Origin: Spirogloea muscicola
Taxonomy: Eukaryota
Direction of reading: 5' to 3'
DNA: 64,000 nt
NCBI GenBank assembly: GCA_009602725.1
Contig: WELB01000001.1
Span: 1,888,545 to 1,952,544, forward strand
Both the position numbers and the translations under genes were made by a program. Position 1 is the first letter of the stretch. Each line of letters starts with the position of its first letter. Under the pieces are notes generated by a model. That model did not search any database. It had not been told where the DNA came from and saw only the letters and a program-made list of their open reading frames with translations. This document shows, piece after piece, positions 32,196 through 44,996 of the stretch.

Positions 32196-33615
32196 GCTGC
32201 AAGACGAGGGTGCAGTCAGATGTCAGGAAACGAAGCCCATGAGAAGATGATCAATGTAAGCCCTCCACGTACTAAGCATATCTCTCAGGTCCGTGAAAGC
32301 AGCAAACCGTACTCGTGATTCTGCTTTCGGCAAAGATAAGGACGACGCTTGCAGCATCAGGCAGGTTCGAACCTTGCGGGGCGAATATCACTGGCTACGG
32401 CTGCTCGGACACCCCCAAAGCTGCGAGGTTGATTGCAGCACTGCAATATTCCGACAGGTCTGAGCTGTCGAGAGAAGGCGCTTTCCCCTGCGACAACGTC
32501 GAGGTATGGAGATCAGGAGACGTGCCGGAGAGGCACAGCTGCACAAGAAGCGACAGCAGCAGGAGCACAAGGGGGAAGCCAGGGCGCTCGGGCACCTGCA
32601 AGAAAGGCACAGCCGAAGCCGCCGGAGAGGGCTGGCGGGCGCGCGGCGCGCAGGCGCGCTGCAGTGGGTGCGGGCGCGAGGGCGGGCGCGGCGGCGGCGG
32701 CANNNNNNNNNNNNNNNNNNNNNNNNNNNNNNNNNNNNNNNNNNNNNNNNNNNNNNNNNNNNNNNNNNNNNNNNNNNNNNNNNNNNNNNNNNNNNNNNNN
32801 NNNNNNNNNNNNNNNNNNNNNNNNNNNNNNNNNNNNNNNNNNNNNNNNNNNNNNNNNNNNNNNNNNNNNNNNNNNNNNNNNNNNNNNNNNNNNNNNNNNN
32901 NNNNNNNNNNNNNNNNNNNNNNNNNNNNNNNNNNNNNNNNNNNNNNNNNNNNNNNNNNNNNNNNNNNNNNNNNNNNNNNNNNNNNNNNNNNNNNNNNNNN
33001 NNNNNNNNNNNNNNNNNNNNNNNNNNNNNNNNNNNNNNNNNNNNNNNNNNNNNNNNNNNNNNNNNNNNNNNNNNNNNNNNNNNNNNNNNNNNNNNNNNNN
33101 NNNNNNNNNNNNNNNNNNNNNNNNNNNNNNNNNNNNNNNNNNNNNNNNNNNNNNNNNNNNNNNNNNNNNNNNNNNNNNNNNNNNNNNNNNNNNNNNNNNN
33201 NNNNNNNNNNNNNNNNNNNNNNNNNNNNNNNNNNNNNNNNNNNNNNNNNNNNNNNNNNNNNNNNNNNNNNNNNNNNNNNNNNNNNNNNNNNNNNNNNNNN
33301 NNNNNNNNNNNNNNNNNNNNNNNNNNNNNNNNNNNNNNNNNNNNNNNNNNNNNNNNNNNNNNNNNNNNNNNNNNNNNNNNNNNNNNNNNNNNNNNNNNNN
33401 NNNNNNNNNNNNNNNNNNNNNNNNNNNNNNNNNNNNNNNNNNNNNNNNNNNNNNNNNNNNNNNNNNNNNNNNNNNNNNNNNNNNNNNNNNNNNNNNNNNN
33501 NNNNNNNNNNNNNNNNNNNNNNNNNNNNNNNNNNNNNNNNNNNNNNNNNNNNNNNNNNNNNNNNNNNNNNNNNNNNNNNNNNNNNNNNNNNGGGGGGGGG
33601 GGGGGGCGGGGGGGG

Positions 33616-33653
<38 letters not shown>

Positions 33654-33655
33654 GG

Positions 33656-33696
33656 GGACGGAACTGGGCCCTCCAGAGGAGGGCCCAGTTCCGTCC
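33656..33696. repeat. Perfect 19-bp palindromic hairpin with 3-nt loop
   Basis: ggacggaactgggccctcc-aga-ggagggcccagttccgtcc. Confidence 0.9.
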
Positions 33697-33702
33697 GCCC
33701 TC

Positions 33703-33815
33703 GTGGCAGACGGCGCCGTTTCCTCCTCAACGGGGGTTAAAACCGTCCTAGTCAGCAAATAATGTGGCAAACGGCGCCGTTTTCTCCTGAACGGGGGCAG
33801 AAGGCGTCCTAGTCA
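33703..33815. repeat. Two imperfect ~52-bp direct repeats (period ~61 bp)
   Basis: gtggcagacggcgccgtttcctcctcaacggggg..cgtcctagtcag and gtggcaaacggcgccgttttctcctgaacggggg..cgtcctagtcag. Confidence 0.85.
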
Positions 33816-33984
33816 GGGCCCGATGTGGCGCCTCCGTGGCGCGCGTCCGCGTCCGGGCGCGCAAGGTTGTGAAGCCTGGGCAATCCATACACCGCACGAC
33901 ACGTACCCCTCCGGCCGTCCGTCCGTCCCGGTGTGTATTGGCCCTTAGTCCTTAGTCCTTAGCCCTTAGCACCCCGGCTCCTTC

Positions 33985-36190
33985 CGACCTTGTCCATTCC
34001 TTTGGGCTGGCCTCTCCCAGCCACCAGTTAATGTGGCCGCGCTTGCTTCTTGATACGAGGTAGAAGTAAAGAGAGAAGGGCTCGCCCATTGAGGATAGGG
34101 GCTGGAGAAGCCAGCCCCAAAGAAGAATGAACATAGGACGAGAAGGGGCCAGGGGTAAAGCACTGGAGAGTGTTTTCAAAAGTAAAGGGGCAAGGCGCGC
34201 TGTGCGCATGGGATGAAAGGGAGGCCAAATCAAACCAATACACTGTTTAGGGAAAAGCTAGTGCGAAGTTCAAAGCTCCTAGCATCAAGATGCTTCTACT
34301 TCCTTTCCCCTGTCACTGCCTTTTGCTTGCACTCATAGCAGTTGAGCATGGCTGCTTTGCTGAGATTACTGACGTGGTAAGCTGTTAGGCCCTGTTGTAT
34401 GGCCTGCTACGAGATCTTTACTCTTATGTTTCTACCACCAAGTTAACCAACTTAGACAAACTTGACCATTTCAAAATATTCAGCTGATTTGGGCCATGGA
34501 AATCCAATGCATGCCTTCGCTACTCCAGCGAAGCTACTGCTCTTGGCTCTGCCATTTTTCAGAATAAGGTGTACTTATTAGATGACCCTTCACATGGATT
34601 GCTAAGAAGGCCAATGGCCACCGCTGAGTTGTTCGAGCTTTCCGCCCTTTTGGACGTTGACCACATCCTAGAATTAGCTTTCGCCTTGAAGGCCCTTTGG
34701 ACCTGTCTGTCATTTTTTCTGGGCTGGCTTCTCACAGCCCTCGCCCCCTTTGGAAGAGCTTACTTCTTCCACAGCCATCGTCCCTTTTGGAAGAGCTTAC
34801 CAATGTCTGCAACCCCAACGTTCAGCATCCGAAGTCGAATTGGTGTTTTGCCATGTGGAGAACGTGTTCGGGCTCTCATGCCGCTGGGGTCACTCACCCA
34901 ATGCACCTCTCCAGTCGCTTCACCAATTGCTCTACAATGGCGGGCACGCTGTTTTTTGGCTGCTGCCTCCCGGGTGATTCTGTCCGGCTGCTAATTGTAA
35001 CCAATCTGCGGCTGTTGACTAGAACTAATCAAGCACACACTCGTACTTGCTATCTTCTGCAATTTTCTGCCCTTTTGGACCGTGTCCTTCTTGACCTTTT
35101 GTGGCCCCCGGGAAACAGCTCTTACTGAGTAACGATGAGGAGGTGGCTGTGAGCTTTGGCGGCGGCCTCCGGCTTCCGTCAGGCCGACGTCTTTCTGCCA
35201 GCTAGCTACTAGGACTTGCATCTCCTGACTGAAGGTTACTGAGCGTTCCCTGGCTGATGTCTTAGTCCTAGTCGTTCGCACTCAGGCTCCCTCAGACCTT
35301 GTCCATTCCCTTGGGCTGGCCTTTCCCAGCCACCAGTCAATCTGGCCGCGCTTCTCTCAAAGAAGAGAGAGAAGGCGCGCGGGGCGCATGAATTGAAAGG
35401 GAGGCCAATTCAAGCCAATACATTGTTCAGGCAGAGAAGTGAGCTCTTCGAAAGGGAAATGCGTGTATATTAAGAGATGGGGAGGCCATGTGTGGCCAAG
35501 TACAAAGGCAAGCACATTGAAAGGGGGCGGGGGTTGTGAGAAGCCAGCCAAGAAAGAAAGAACAAGGTCCAAAGGCTGGCCCGCAGGTATGAACGAGGTT
35601 CAGGGGGCAGGCTCCGACATGAGCACAGAGCGATTTCGTGGCCAAAAAGGCACGAGCGACATAGCCCCCGGTCGCTGCTTACGTCACAGGCGATTCCGCC
35701 GCGGGCGGGCAAGTCGCCTAAGCACAACGACGCAAGGTGCAAAGTAGAGCGGAGGTTTTTGGAAGCTCTATTCTTTCTTTTTCCCAGAGAGGTGGCAGTC
35801 CCGTGTGCAGGGCCGCATCGCCGACGGGGAGGCCCATGCGATTGCGCCCCCAGCGACTCCCAAACCGCGGGCGGCACAGATGCTCCCGAAGTCCGCCCAA
35901 GGCGAAGCTTCCACAGCTTCCAGAACGCGAGAGCAAGCGCGGCCAGATTGACTGCGAAAGCAGCCCTTCCAACAGGAGAAGAAAGTGCTCGCCCATTGAG
36001 AATTGGGGCTGGAAAAGCCAGCCCAAAACAGAATCAACAAAGGACGAGAAGGAACGAGAAGGGGGCCAGGGGAAGCGCTAACAGGGGAGACGAGAGGAGT
36101 CGAGTGCGTGTATTGAGTTATAGAATAAGAGGAGGCGCGCGGGGCGCATGAAATAAAATGGAGGCCAATTCAAGCCAATTCCATGTAGAA
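33985..36190. mobile_element. Cluster of degenerate or nested non-autonomous DNA transposon (MULE-like TIR) fragments between PGD and pirin
   Basis: Recurrent modules in both orientations: P (~33986-34049, 35296-35357, partial inverted ~35929-35954), Q (~34071-34155, 35976-36072), R (~34190-34250, 35366-35430, 36130-36186); the same modules occur at 52.5-54.8 kb; no transposase ORF recognised. Confidence 0.65.
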
Positions 36191-36577
36191 GGGCCTGGGC
36201 GCACGAATGCCAGCAGCATCGAGGAGGAAGCCAGTGGCTGCCCCCCCCCGCGCCGCAGTGACGCATGCGCGCCTGGCCCGCGTCCGCCGCCGCCCGCAGC
36301 GCCGCCGCCGCGCGCCGCNNNNNNNNNNNNNNNNNNNNNNNNNNNNNNNNNNNNNNNNNNNNNNNNNNNNNNNNNNNNNNNNNNNNNNNNNNNNNNNNNC
36401 CCCCGTGCCGCCGCGCCCGACGCCGCCGCCACCGCCGCCACCGCCGCTGCGGCAACTTTCCTCGCGCTCGCGGCCCTGGCGATCGTCGCCGCCGGCGCGA
36501 GCCGCTTCATGTTTGCTGCGAGAGCGCCCGCCCTCTCGTCAGCCGCGCTCCAGTCGCACGGCCCCGCCGCGCGCGCC

Positions 36578-38618
36578 ATGGCCGCCGCCGCCGGCGCCGC
36601 CACCACCACCGCGCCCTTGGCCAAGCCCCGCCCGGTCGCACTGAAGGTGCTCTCCACCGAGCAGCCAGAGGGCATGGGCGCCCGTGTGCGCCGCAGCATT
36701 GGAAGGTGAGTCCGGATCTCTGTTTGGGCAGCTCTTACTTTCGACAGAGGGAATGTCAGCCGCTCGACACCTTCATTCCGTCATTTGCACAATCACACCT
36801 AGCCTGCAGGCTGATGTTTGCAGCCGCCTGCCTTACTGCAGGCCTGAGCTGAAGAACCTCGACCCCTTCCTGCTGCTGGACGACGCCACTGGTGAGCTGT
36901 GACTCGTCACTCTGCAGCCTCTGCACTAGAGCACTTAGGAGATATTGAGCGCTAGAGCTCTAGAGCTGGCTGGAGCTGGTTCAGGCAGTGACGGGCATGC
37001 AGCCTTGCAAGCAGCTGATAAGGATGTAGTTCTTGTCACCTGGTACAGTTGTCCCGCCCGCTGGGTTCCCAGACCACCCGCACAGAGGTACCATTGCCAG
37101 TCTTCTAGTTGATGCTGTGCTTGTGATCTCGTCATCTCAGTCACCGAACCCTTACAGGTGTGATGCACTGGCAATGCCATTCAGCTGTAGTTGTGCTTCT
37201 GCTTGTTGATGAAGTGACTCTTAAACATACCAGTGAAGTCCAATTTCAAACTCCTAGACTGCACTTACTCGAACAGGGTCAAATAGACCTTGCTTACAGG
37301 GTTCATGCCAATAAGATTTTGTCTTGTTTGTGTTCTTCCTCACAGGCTTCGAAACCGTGACGTACGTTCTAGAGGTATGCCCTTGTGGCAATAAGAGCAA
37401 ACTCTGCAAACCTCCTTCCATGACTGGTGGAAGTGAGGGCTCAATGCACCGCCCTGCTTTTGTGCTGACCACTATTAAGGGTTGCCTCACTGGCAGGGTT
37501 CTTTCACGCATGAGGACTTTGAGGGCCACAAGGGAGTGATCAATGCAGGAGACCTGCAGGTGAGCTGCGACACTTGGTAGGGAGCATGTCTTCGTCCCTA
37601 CTATCTCAGCTGTAAATGAATGACGTGTAATGACGTGGTCCGATTGAACGCTGCAGTCCTTGTTCTCCTTGTGGGTGGTTCACCTTTCCTGCTCTGACCA
37701 CACATAATCACTTAGCAGGTTCACATTGGTGTTTGACTTGAGTATCAAGCAATGGCGCCCTGGAAATTATGTGCAGTGGATGACAGCTGGACGAGGTATC
37801 CTGCACTCAGAGATGCCCGGCAGCAAAGGCAGGAATCGGGGCCTGCAGCTGTGGGTTAATCTTGCTGCCAAAGACAAGATGTAAGCAAGAGCTATTTCAC
37901 CCTTTCTCAGATATCTGCTGTTTACTTTGACTATCAGAGTTGCTTAGTCAGACAGTGACCAATACTGCCTCCTTTGTGAGGGCACAATGACCCGTGCAGC
38001 AAGAACAACCCTCTTGTGCATCTCACAAGGATAGCTGGCGTAAGGCCAAGAGGTATAGTTGTGAGAGCTTGTAAAGGTCAGCGTTTACATGGAGACAACT
38101 CGTCATTGTCTGTGTACAGGGTGGATCCTAGGTATCAGGAGCTTGGTGACAAGGACATCCCAAGGGTAGAGAAGGATGGCGTGCATGTGAAGGTCATCGC
38201 AGGCACTTCACTAGGCACAACCTCTCCTGTGTACACGCGCACGCCGACCATGTACCTGGACTTCACACTGCAGCCAGGCGCAGAGGTCCACCAGCCAATA
38301 CAGGAAGGTTGGAATGCGTTTGCGTACATAGTGGACGGCAAGGGCGTCTTTGGCAGTCGAGATGCAGAGGTGACAACTGCGTCTCACACCTTGAAGCTGG
38401 GCGCTGGAGATGGAGTGAGCGTGTGGAATACCGGCGACAAGCCCCTACGCTTCATGCTTATTGCTGGGCAGCCGCTGGGCGAGCCAGTCGTGCAATATGG
38501 CCCGTTCGTGATGAACAGCCAGGAGGAAATTCAGCAGACCATCCGTGACTACCAGCTTGGCATGAACGGCTTTGAGAAGGCTGCCAGCTGGACGGCTAGC
38601 CGGCGCAGAAACCACTGA
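36578..38618 (+). CDS. Pirin-like cupin protein, multi-exon; true start may lie upstream (36509 or in the gap)
   Basis: '[26 protein letters not shown]', '[15 protein letters not shown]', '[18 protein letters not shown]', 'GLQLWVNL', '[25 protein letters not shown]'. Confidence 0.95.
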
Positions 38619-39523
38619 AGCAGTACTAATTTTGATGGCTTTACTTTCAAGACAGCACCACAGGCACAGATGCGAGATTGGAAAGATTGCACAAGCACAT
38701 TGCATTGTGCCACAAAAAGGAGCGCAGCATTGTCTAAGTTTTTCCTGGAAAGGAGCAGGCTGCAATAAACTACACTAAACCTGGACTGGCTTTTGTATCT
38801 TTCCCAAAGACCTCTGCGGTTATGACTGTTAGCTTATCTGACATGCTTACAAGCATAGTGCTGCACTCTATATTGTCCACCCTTATCATCAGCACGTTGA
38901 CCCACTGATACCTGAGATGTTACTCATACCTGCAATACAAAGACATTGCAATGTAAGAATGTAGATTAGTTGTTATCCTTGCTGCTGCTGCAAGACTTTC
39001 TTGCCTTATTTGCTTGTATCTGCTTCTGTATCAACAACGCAGTGTTCAGCGACTTGAAGTCCCACTGTCTTCTCTGATGGCCTAGCAGTTGCTTGAGCCG
39101 TTAGGAGTAAAATCGACAAGCACCTCGGTCTGTTTCTTTAGGTCCCACAAATTGCGTGAAGATAGATGCGATAGCAATGACGTCTTCTTCTTATACCTGT
39201 CTGTGGATGGATCAGCAAGGGAAATGTGAGGCTAATATCATAGGGTTGAAGGTTCAGTTAGGAGGTTGTCAGGCCTACTCCGAATATGAGTCATATCTGC
39301 AGCATGCAATGGATTGCCAGGTTGCTTGCAACGTTTGCTCCAACGAAGACTTCAAGCTGCATACCTGTGGGAACGATCAGCGGAGGGGAGTGGTTGGTGC
39401 TGCATGTTTGGTGAGGTGGAAGCTTTGGACTAGTGCAGATAAGCAAAAGTGTCAGGTGTTCTCAAGGACGTGACTGTGCTGCCGAAGCTCTTAAGCAGGA
39501 CCGCTTCCTGGGTAACTTGGTGG

Positions 39524-42500
39524 TCATGCCAAGCCGAGAGCCCACTGGGATGGCTTGCTGTTGCAATGCCCGTGGCGGTTGGGGCTGTCGCTGGGCCAGC
39601 AGCGGTAGACATGGCGCGGTACGCGGCCGACCATCTTCGTGAGAATGGCTTCCACGGCCTCTGCCCCAATGGCCCTCTCGAGCTGGCCCCTCACCCGCTT
39701 GCTGACGCGCATCGGCGCGCCCAGCGACAGGATGTTGCGCTCCGCCTCGCCTTCTCTGGCATACGTCCCGAGGAAGACTACCTCCACCTTCTCCTTGTGC
39801 AGAGGAAGCTGTGATGGAGGCCGCTGGCAACAGCGACAAGACAACCCTGTCAAATATTGGATCGTTGCATTATGCAAGCAGTCGCCCAATGTGCCAGTCT
39901 TTGACAACCCCCTGCCAGCATGGCAGGCTTGTGCGCTTAAAAAGATAGATTGCACCAATGTTTATGTCCATTAAGGGACGCACGAGCCGGTGAACGAGCC
40001 GGCTTAAGAAGTGGAGCACTTTGGCAGGGGTGCTCACTTTCAGCAAGCTGAGGGTGTGAAAGAAGGCCGTGCCTCCACGCAGCGGGCATGCCGCCATCAG
40101 ACGGCCACAGAATGACCACATGTCCTCTGAGTAGACGATGAGCAGGGCCCTGTGCATGGCCTCCATTTCCCGCATATGGCCCTCCGCTAACAGGCCTCGC
40201 TGTCGCTGCAACTTCTCGTGCGCGTCGCGCATGACAGCAACTGGGTCGTCGGCTGCTTTCAGGATGCACATGACAGTCGCCCTCAGCAAGAGTCCTGAAC
40301 AGAGCTGTACACATTGTATACTTCCTCTCTGATGAAGAATTAGAGGAGCACAGATGCGCTGATCAATGAAGACGCGATGCCAGAGCCGGAAGTATGACAG
40401 AAGGTATATCTTACCTGCGAGGCGCATCTTGCCGCTTGCGGCGCCCTGGTTGGCTAGCACGTTGGTGGAGAAGGTGAGGGCATTCACCAGGATGGCCTTC
40501 TGGAGGATGCGGTCTGGAAACAGAGCCATAACGGATATTGTTGAGGGCAGCTGGCGAGGAGACAGCAGTTAGCAGCTGCATTGTCCAGCGCATGTGCAAT
40601 CAGCAGCAGCAAAAGCACAGTGCAGTGCAGCCCAGAGGAGGTCCTCAAGACGGCTTTGGAGCTTGCGGCAGACCTTCAATCTGTGGCAGAAAGATGGCGC
40701 GCCGGAGGCATTGTGTGTCCACCCGAGACTGCAGCTGTCGCACCGTGTCCTCAATGACATTGTTCCAGATGTCCGGCTGCAGTGGCACAGCAAAGTCATC
40801 CTCTGCTACGCTGGCGGGCTCAAACTCTGGGCACATGCCTTCGGGTCCCTCCACGATTAGAAGCTTGGTCTTTGCATAACGAATGAAGGCCCTGCAGCCC
40901 AAGGACCAGGGTCCAGCGACAGATATAAATTGACTCAGTTGATTCTCCCTAATAAGTGCACATGCCTGCTAGCATTTCCTGAAAACAAAATTTGGGAGTC
41001 AATGAGGGGTCTGCCACTTAAGCTGCAGGACGCTACGCACTTGTTCCTGGCTTTGTCGCCCTCCCACTTCTTATCGGCAGCCGCTTTCTCACGGAGCTTG
41101 CTGGCCAGGTCTTCCTTGCAGGTGGTCACCTCCTGGGATGTTAGCATGGAAGAGCTCAGAACAGCACCCACGAAACAATAGCAGGCTGGCACCGACATGG
41201 TTGTGGAGGACATCACACAGCCAAGCAGTGCTGCAATGATGGCGCCTGGCAGCAGCAGCTTACCTCAATCACACCATACAGCAGCTGCTTGACTAGCTTA
41301 GCGAGCTTGTCGGGTGGTGTATTGCGGTAGTAGCCTGAGAGCTGCCGTCGGGTGTGCTCCTCCAGCAGTGGCTGCTGCAGCGCTGCGATGGCTGCTCCAT
41401 CATTGTCACTCGCTATAGCCCAACCAACGATTGTCACGAGGTTGGGCATGACGGCCTTGGTGCGCCCTGCAGCTGATGAAACGAATGCCCGCAGCGGATC
41501 GGCGCCCTTGAGCACCGTTCGCAGAACCTCTGGCTGCATCGCTTGGCAAAACCGGCGGTAGTCGGCAAGGATTGCTGCCTGCCGCTCTCCAACAGTCGCT
41601 ATTGATGCCTGGAGGCCATTTGCACTGCTCAAATTTCAGAGGTGCTGCTAGCCGCTGCAGAGCCGGTATGCGTTGACATGCAACCTCAAGCATACAACCA
41701 TCAAGCATCACATTCATAACATGGGGTTTCTGTGAATTCAGCACGAGTTGACGATGATCGATAGTGTACCTGCGGCCCACCAACTAGCGCGTCAAGATGA
41801 GCCTGCATGTGGCCCAGCATGGTGTAGAGGACCAGCAGTTGCGACGGTGCGTAGGCCAGCGGGTCGAGGGCAACGAGGAGGCCGAGCGCCGGCTGCAGCT
41901 GCAACCGCACCAGCTCGAAATGCGAGGCGCAGACGTAGAGCGGCAGCCATGCATTGACTGGCTCCCGGGCCCGCCCGCTGAGCGCAGACGGCACTGACAC
42001 CGGCTCTGCTCCCCATCCGTCGTCGTTGTCGTCATCAGTCGGCGTGCTCTCCCGCGGGGGCCGCTTGCCAGCCGGGTAGAAGCCCCCATGGACACCCTGC
42101 ACACACCACTGAGACTACAGTCATTCTGAGGTCCCACTTGACCAACTAAAGTGAATGAGAGAAAGCGAATAAAATATCATGGAATGGTTGCTACCACACG
42201 TCCATAATAGTGAAGCAAACGAGTTTTTTCATGCGGCCTTAACCGAAGGTGCTCTGCAAGGTGGCTCAGGACAGGTGCTCGCCACGGGGCCCTGGAGAGG
42301 CAGCTGGTAGCGCAGCGCCTGATCGAACGTGCGCCGGGAGACGAGCGTGACCGAGAAGGAGGCGACATACAGGCCCTGGGGTGCGTCGACTATGTGCTCG
42401 CTGCGCTCCGTGACCGACAGCCCGAAGCCGAGCACGTCGCCGTCCTCCACTAGCTCTGCAGCGCTGAAGTGTGACACATCACAGCACCAGAGCTGCAGGT

Positions 42501-44750
42501 CTACGCCATCAAACGCTCCATCATCCACCTGCAGTGCGAGGGACACAGTAAGAAACTGCAGCCTACATGGCGGCAAAGAAGCGACGATGTACATGCTACC
42601 GGCCAAGCGCCGTTCATCACGCACCTTGAAGCTCTCAATTTCTCCCTGAATGCGATCCAGGACGGCAGCATTGGCGGCAGCCCGCACGTCCACAGTGCGC
42701 TGGCGGCGGGCCTTGGAAAAGACAGCAGCGTAGCGGAGGTCCGCCAGGCGAGCAGCGGCGCCAGCACTCCGGCTCGCCTCGGCGCGGGCGCTGTGCAGCA
42801 TGTCAACCTGTGCCTGCACCAATGCCTTAGCTGCAATGCCCTCCTGCCACGCCAAAGGCACGCTCCTCCACTAAGTCAGCGGCAGGAGTGGGCGCCAGAT
42901 CACAGCGCCAAGGACGTAGACGAACGTGGCCCACAGCATGCTTTGACAATGGTGGCATCGGTTAAGCCACAACCTCGCGCACAGCCTTGGGGAGGCGGAA
43001 GGGGTTGAAGGCATCCAGGCGCGCCTGCAGCTGCGGCACAGCTGCTGCTGCAGCACCGCCGGTGGTGCCGGCGGCGACAGTGGCAGCCACATCCCGCTCC
43101 AGAATCTTCATTGGGAAGAGCGCATCTGCCGGTATGAGCTGGACGGGGCCCACTGCGATGTCTGAGTCGCCTGTGCCCAGGCGGACGCAAACCGAGGCTG
43201 GTGTCGGGACGCTGGACTCCAGCCACGCCTCCAGCACAATCTTGCCGCTGCCATAGCCGCAGCCCAAAGCAGGATGATACTGAGCGTCCAGTCACGCACA
43301 CCGAAACGCGAGGGAGCTGCATGCTGCACTTGACCAATCACAAGCTAGCATCTGAGTGCTGGCCGTGCTTCACAGGGCCTCCTAACATGTACGACAGCCT
43401 CAGGCACTGGCTACTCACTCGGAAACATGCGCAAGGGTGGGTATGGCACCGCCGCCGACGTCGTAGGTGATGTCGACCGCGGAGCTCACGAAGTCAAAGA
43501 GGTCGGCGAACTTGGTGCTGATTGAGGCGCTGTTGCGGCCACCACCTCCCTCGCAGTACCGGTAGTACCCCTCCTTGGACCCACACAGCCGCAGCTGGCG
43601 CGAGAACAAGCGCAGGCAGTCGTGTCAGTCTGCGCGCTGTGAGGACCCGAGGTCACTGGTCATACCGCAAGTCAGCATCGGCTAATAGGAGGGCGCGCCA
43701 AGTTGGCGCTCACCTGCTCCAGGAGGCTGAGGTCATGTGTGTGGCCAAAGCCGATGGTGTGCACGACTGTCTGTGCCCCATTAACGCCCGTGCGGAGAAA
43801 CTGCTGGAGCTTGGCCATCTCGGCGTCCTGTTCGCGGTCGTGGTTGGCTTCGCCGTCTGGCAAGTCGTCCAAAGCACGAAGCAGCGTCAGATGCCACGAC
43901 CAACAGGCCTCCTCCGATGCGCAGATCACTGGGGCACTCGGCATGCTCGAGTGGCGCACCGGTGAGAAATGAGACAACGTAGCTCTCGGCCGCCTCGCCG
44001 CGGCTGATGCACGCCACGATCTCCCTGTATGCCGCCACAAAGCTGGTGCCGCCGCGTGCCTTTGCGGCCTGGACATCCGCGTACGCCGCCTCGCAGGCGC
44101 TCGACTCATACATGATGTACTTGACAGAGGTCGCAGCTCCCTTTCCGGCGCGCTTCTTCGCCTGCAACAAGGGACCCCATTTGGGGTGGTCACTCGCAAT
44201 TAGCAGCAGTCGCGGCCAAAGAGGCACCAGGAAGGTCGCACCAATGACCTTTGGTGTTACGACGTGGCAAACCTGCCCGCTGTCTTATGAGCACTGAGAG
44301 CCCAACACAAAGCTAACCTCGCTCTCGATGTAGGCGGTGGCTGCCTGGACCTCGGACCACGGGCCTCCCGACATGGACCCACTGCGGTCCAGCACGAGGA
44401 TGTGGGCCACCTTGCGGTGCTGCTGCGGCTGAGCGTCCGGCAGCACCACCTGCGCGCCCGCGCCGCAGATTCAGAACAAGACGATTTGGTGGCAAAGAAT
44501 AAATGTAACATTAGCGTATCGTTGGTTTCTAATTCTTTCTGCAGCTTCCAAGTGGTGTACTGAAATGGTAATATGTTGCAATATAAGCCCACGCCGCATG
44601 CGAAAGGGGCTCAGAGGGTATGCCGGCGCAGCGAGGGGCCACAGCAGCCGCTCCGCAGGGCGGCCGAGGAGGACCGCAGGGCCTGCGCACCTGGAGCAGG
44701 GCGGGCCCCGGGCTGTCCGCCTGCAGCGTCGCGGACGGGCCGTCGGCCAT
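39524..44750 (-). CDS. Large multi-exon von Willebrand factor A (VWA) domain protein with uncharacterised C-terminal region
   Basis: MIDAS elements 'ILVLDRSGSM', 'GGTSFVAA', 'FLTDG' (across a splice), 'VHTIGFG'; further exons 'GDVLGFGLSV..RSEHIVDAP', 'HGGF', 'REPVNAWLPLYVCASHF', ending 'PNRHGHCNSKPSQWALGLA*'. Confidence 0.75.
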
Positions 44751-44924
44751 GGCCGCCGCTTTCGGAAGAATGGGCCTCGCAGGTGAGCGCAGAGCCAGGC
44801 TCGCCGCGTAGTCGGCGGCGGCGGCGGCTGTGGCAGCGGCGCGGCGGGCGCAGTCGGAGGCGGGCGCAGCGGCAGTCCAGAGGCTGCACCCGGAAGTTGT
44901 ATCGCGCAGGCGCAGGCTGGCAGC

Positions 44925-44996
44925 CCTCGCCCTCCGCCCTCCCTCCTCCCTCCTCCCTCCTCCCTCCCTCCTGTCCCTCCCTCCTCCCTCCCTCCT
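44925..44996. repeat. (CCCT/CCT)n pyrimidine-rich low-complexity tract in VWA/RPS13 shared upstream region
   Basis: ccctccgccctccctcctccctcctccctcctccctccct.. read directly. Confidence 0.7.

Noticed and set aside
33592..33652. Poly-G tract / possible G-quadruplex
   Set aside because: Directly abuts an N-gap; likely a sequencing or assembly artefact.
42275..42290. Possible GC donor in the VWA gene
   Set aside because: An in-phase GT donor lies 3 nt away, so it cannot be decided without reads.
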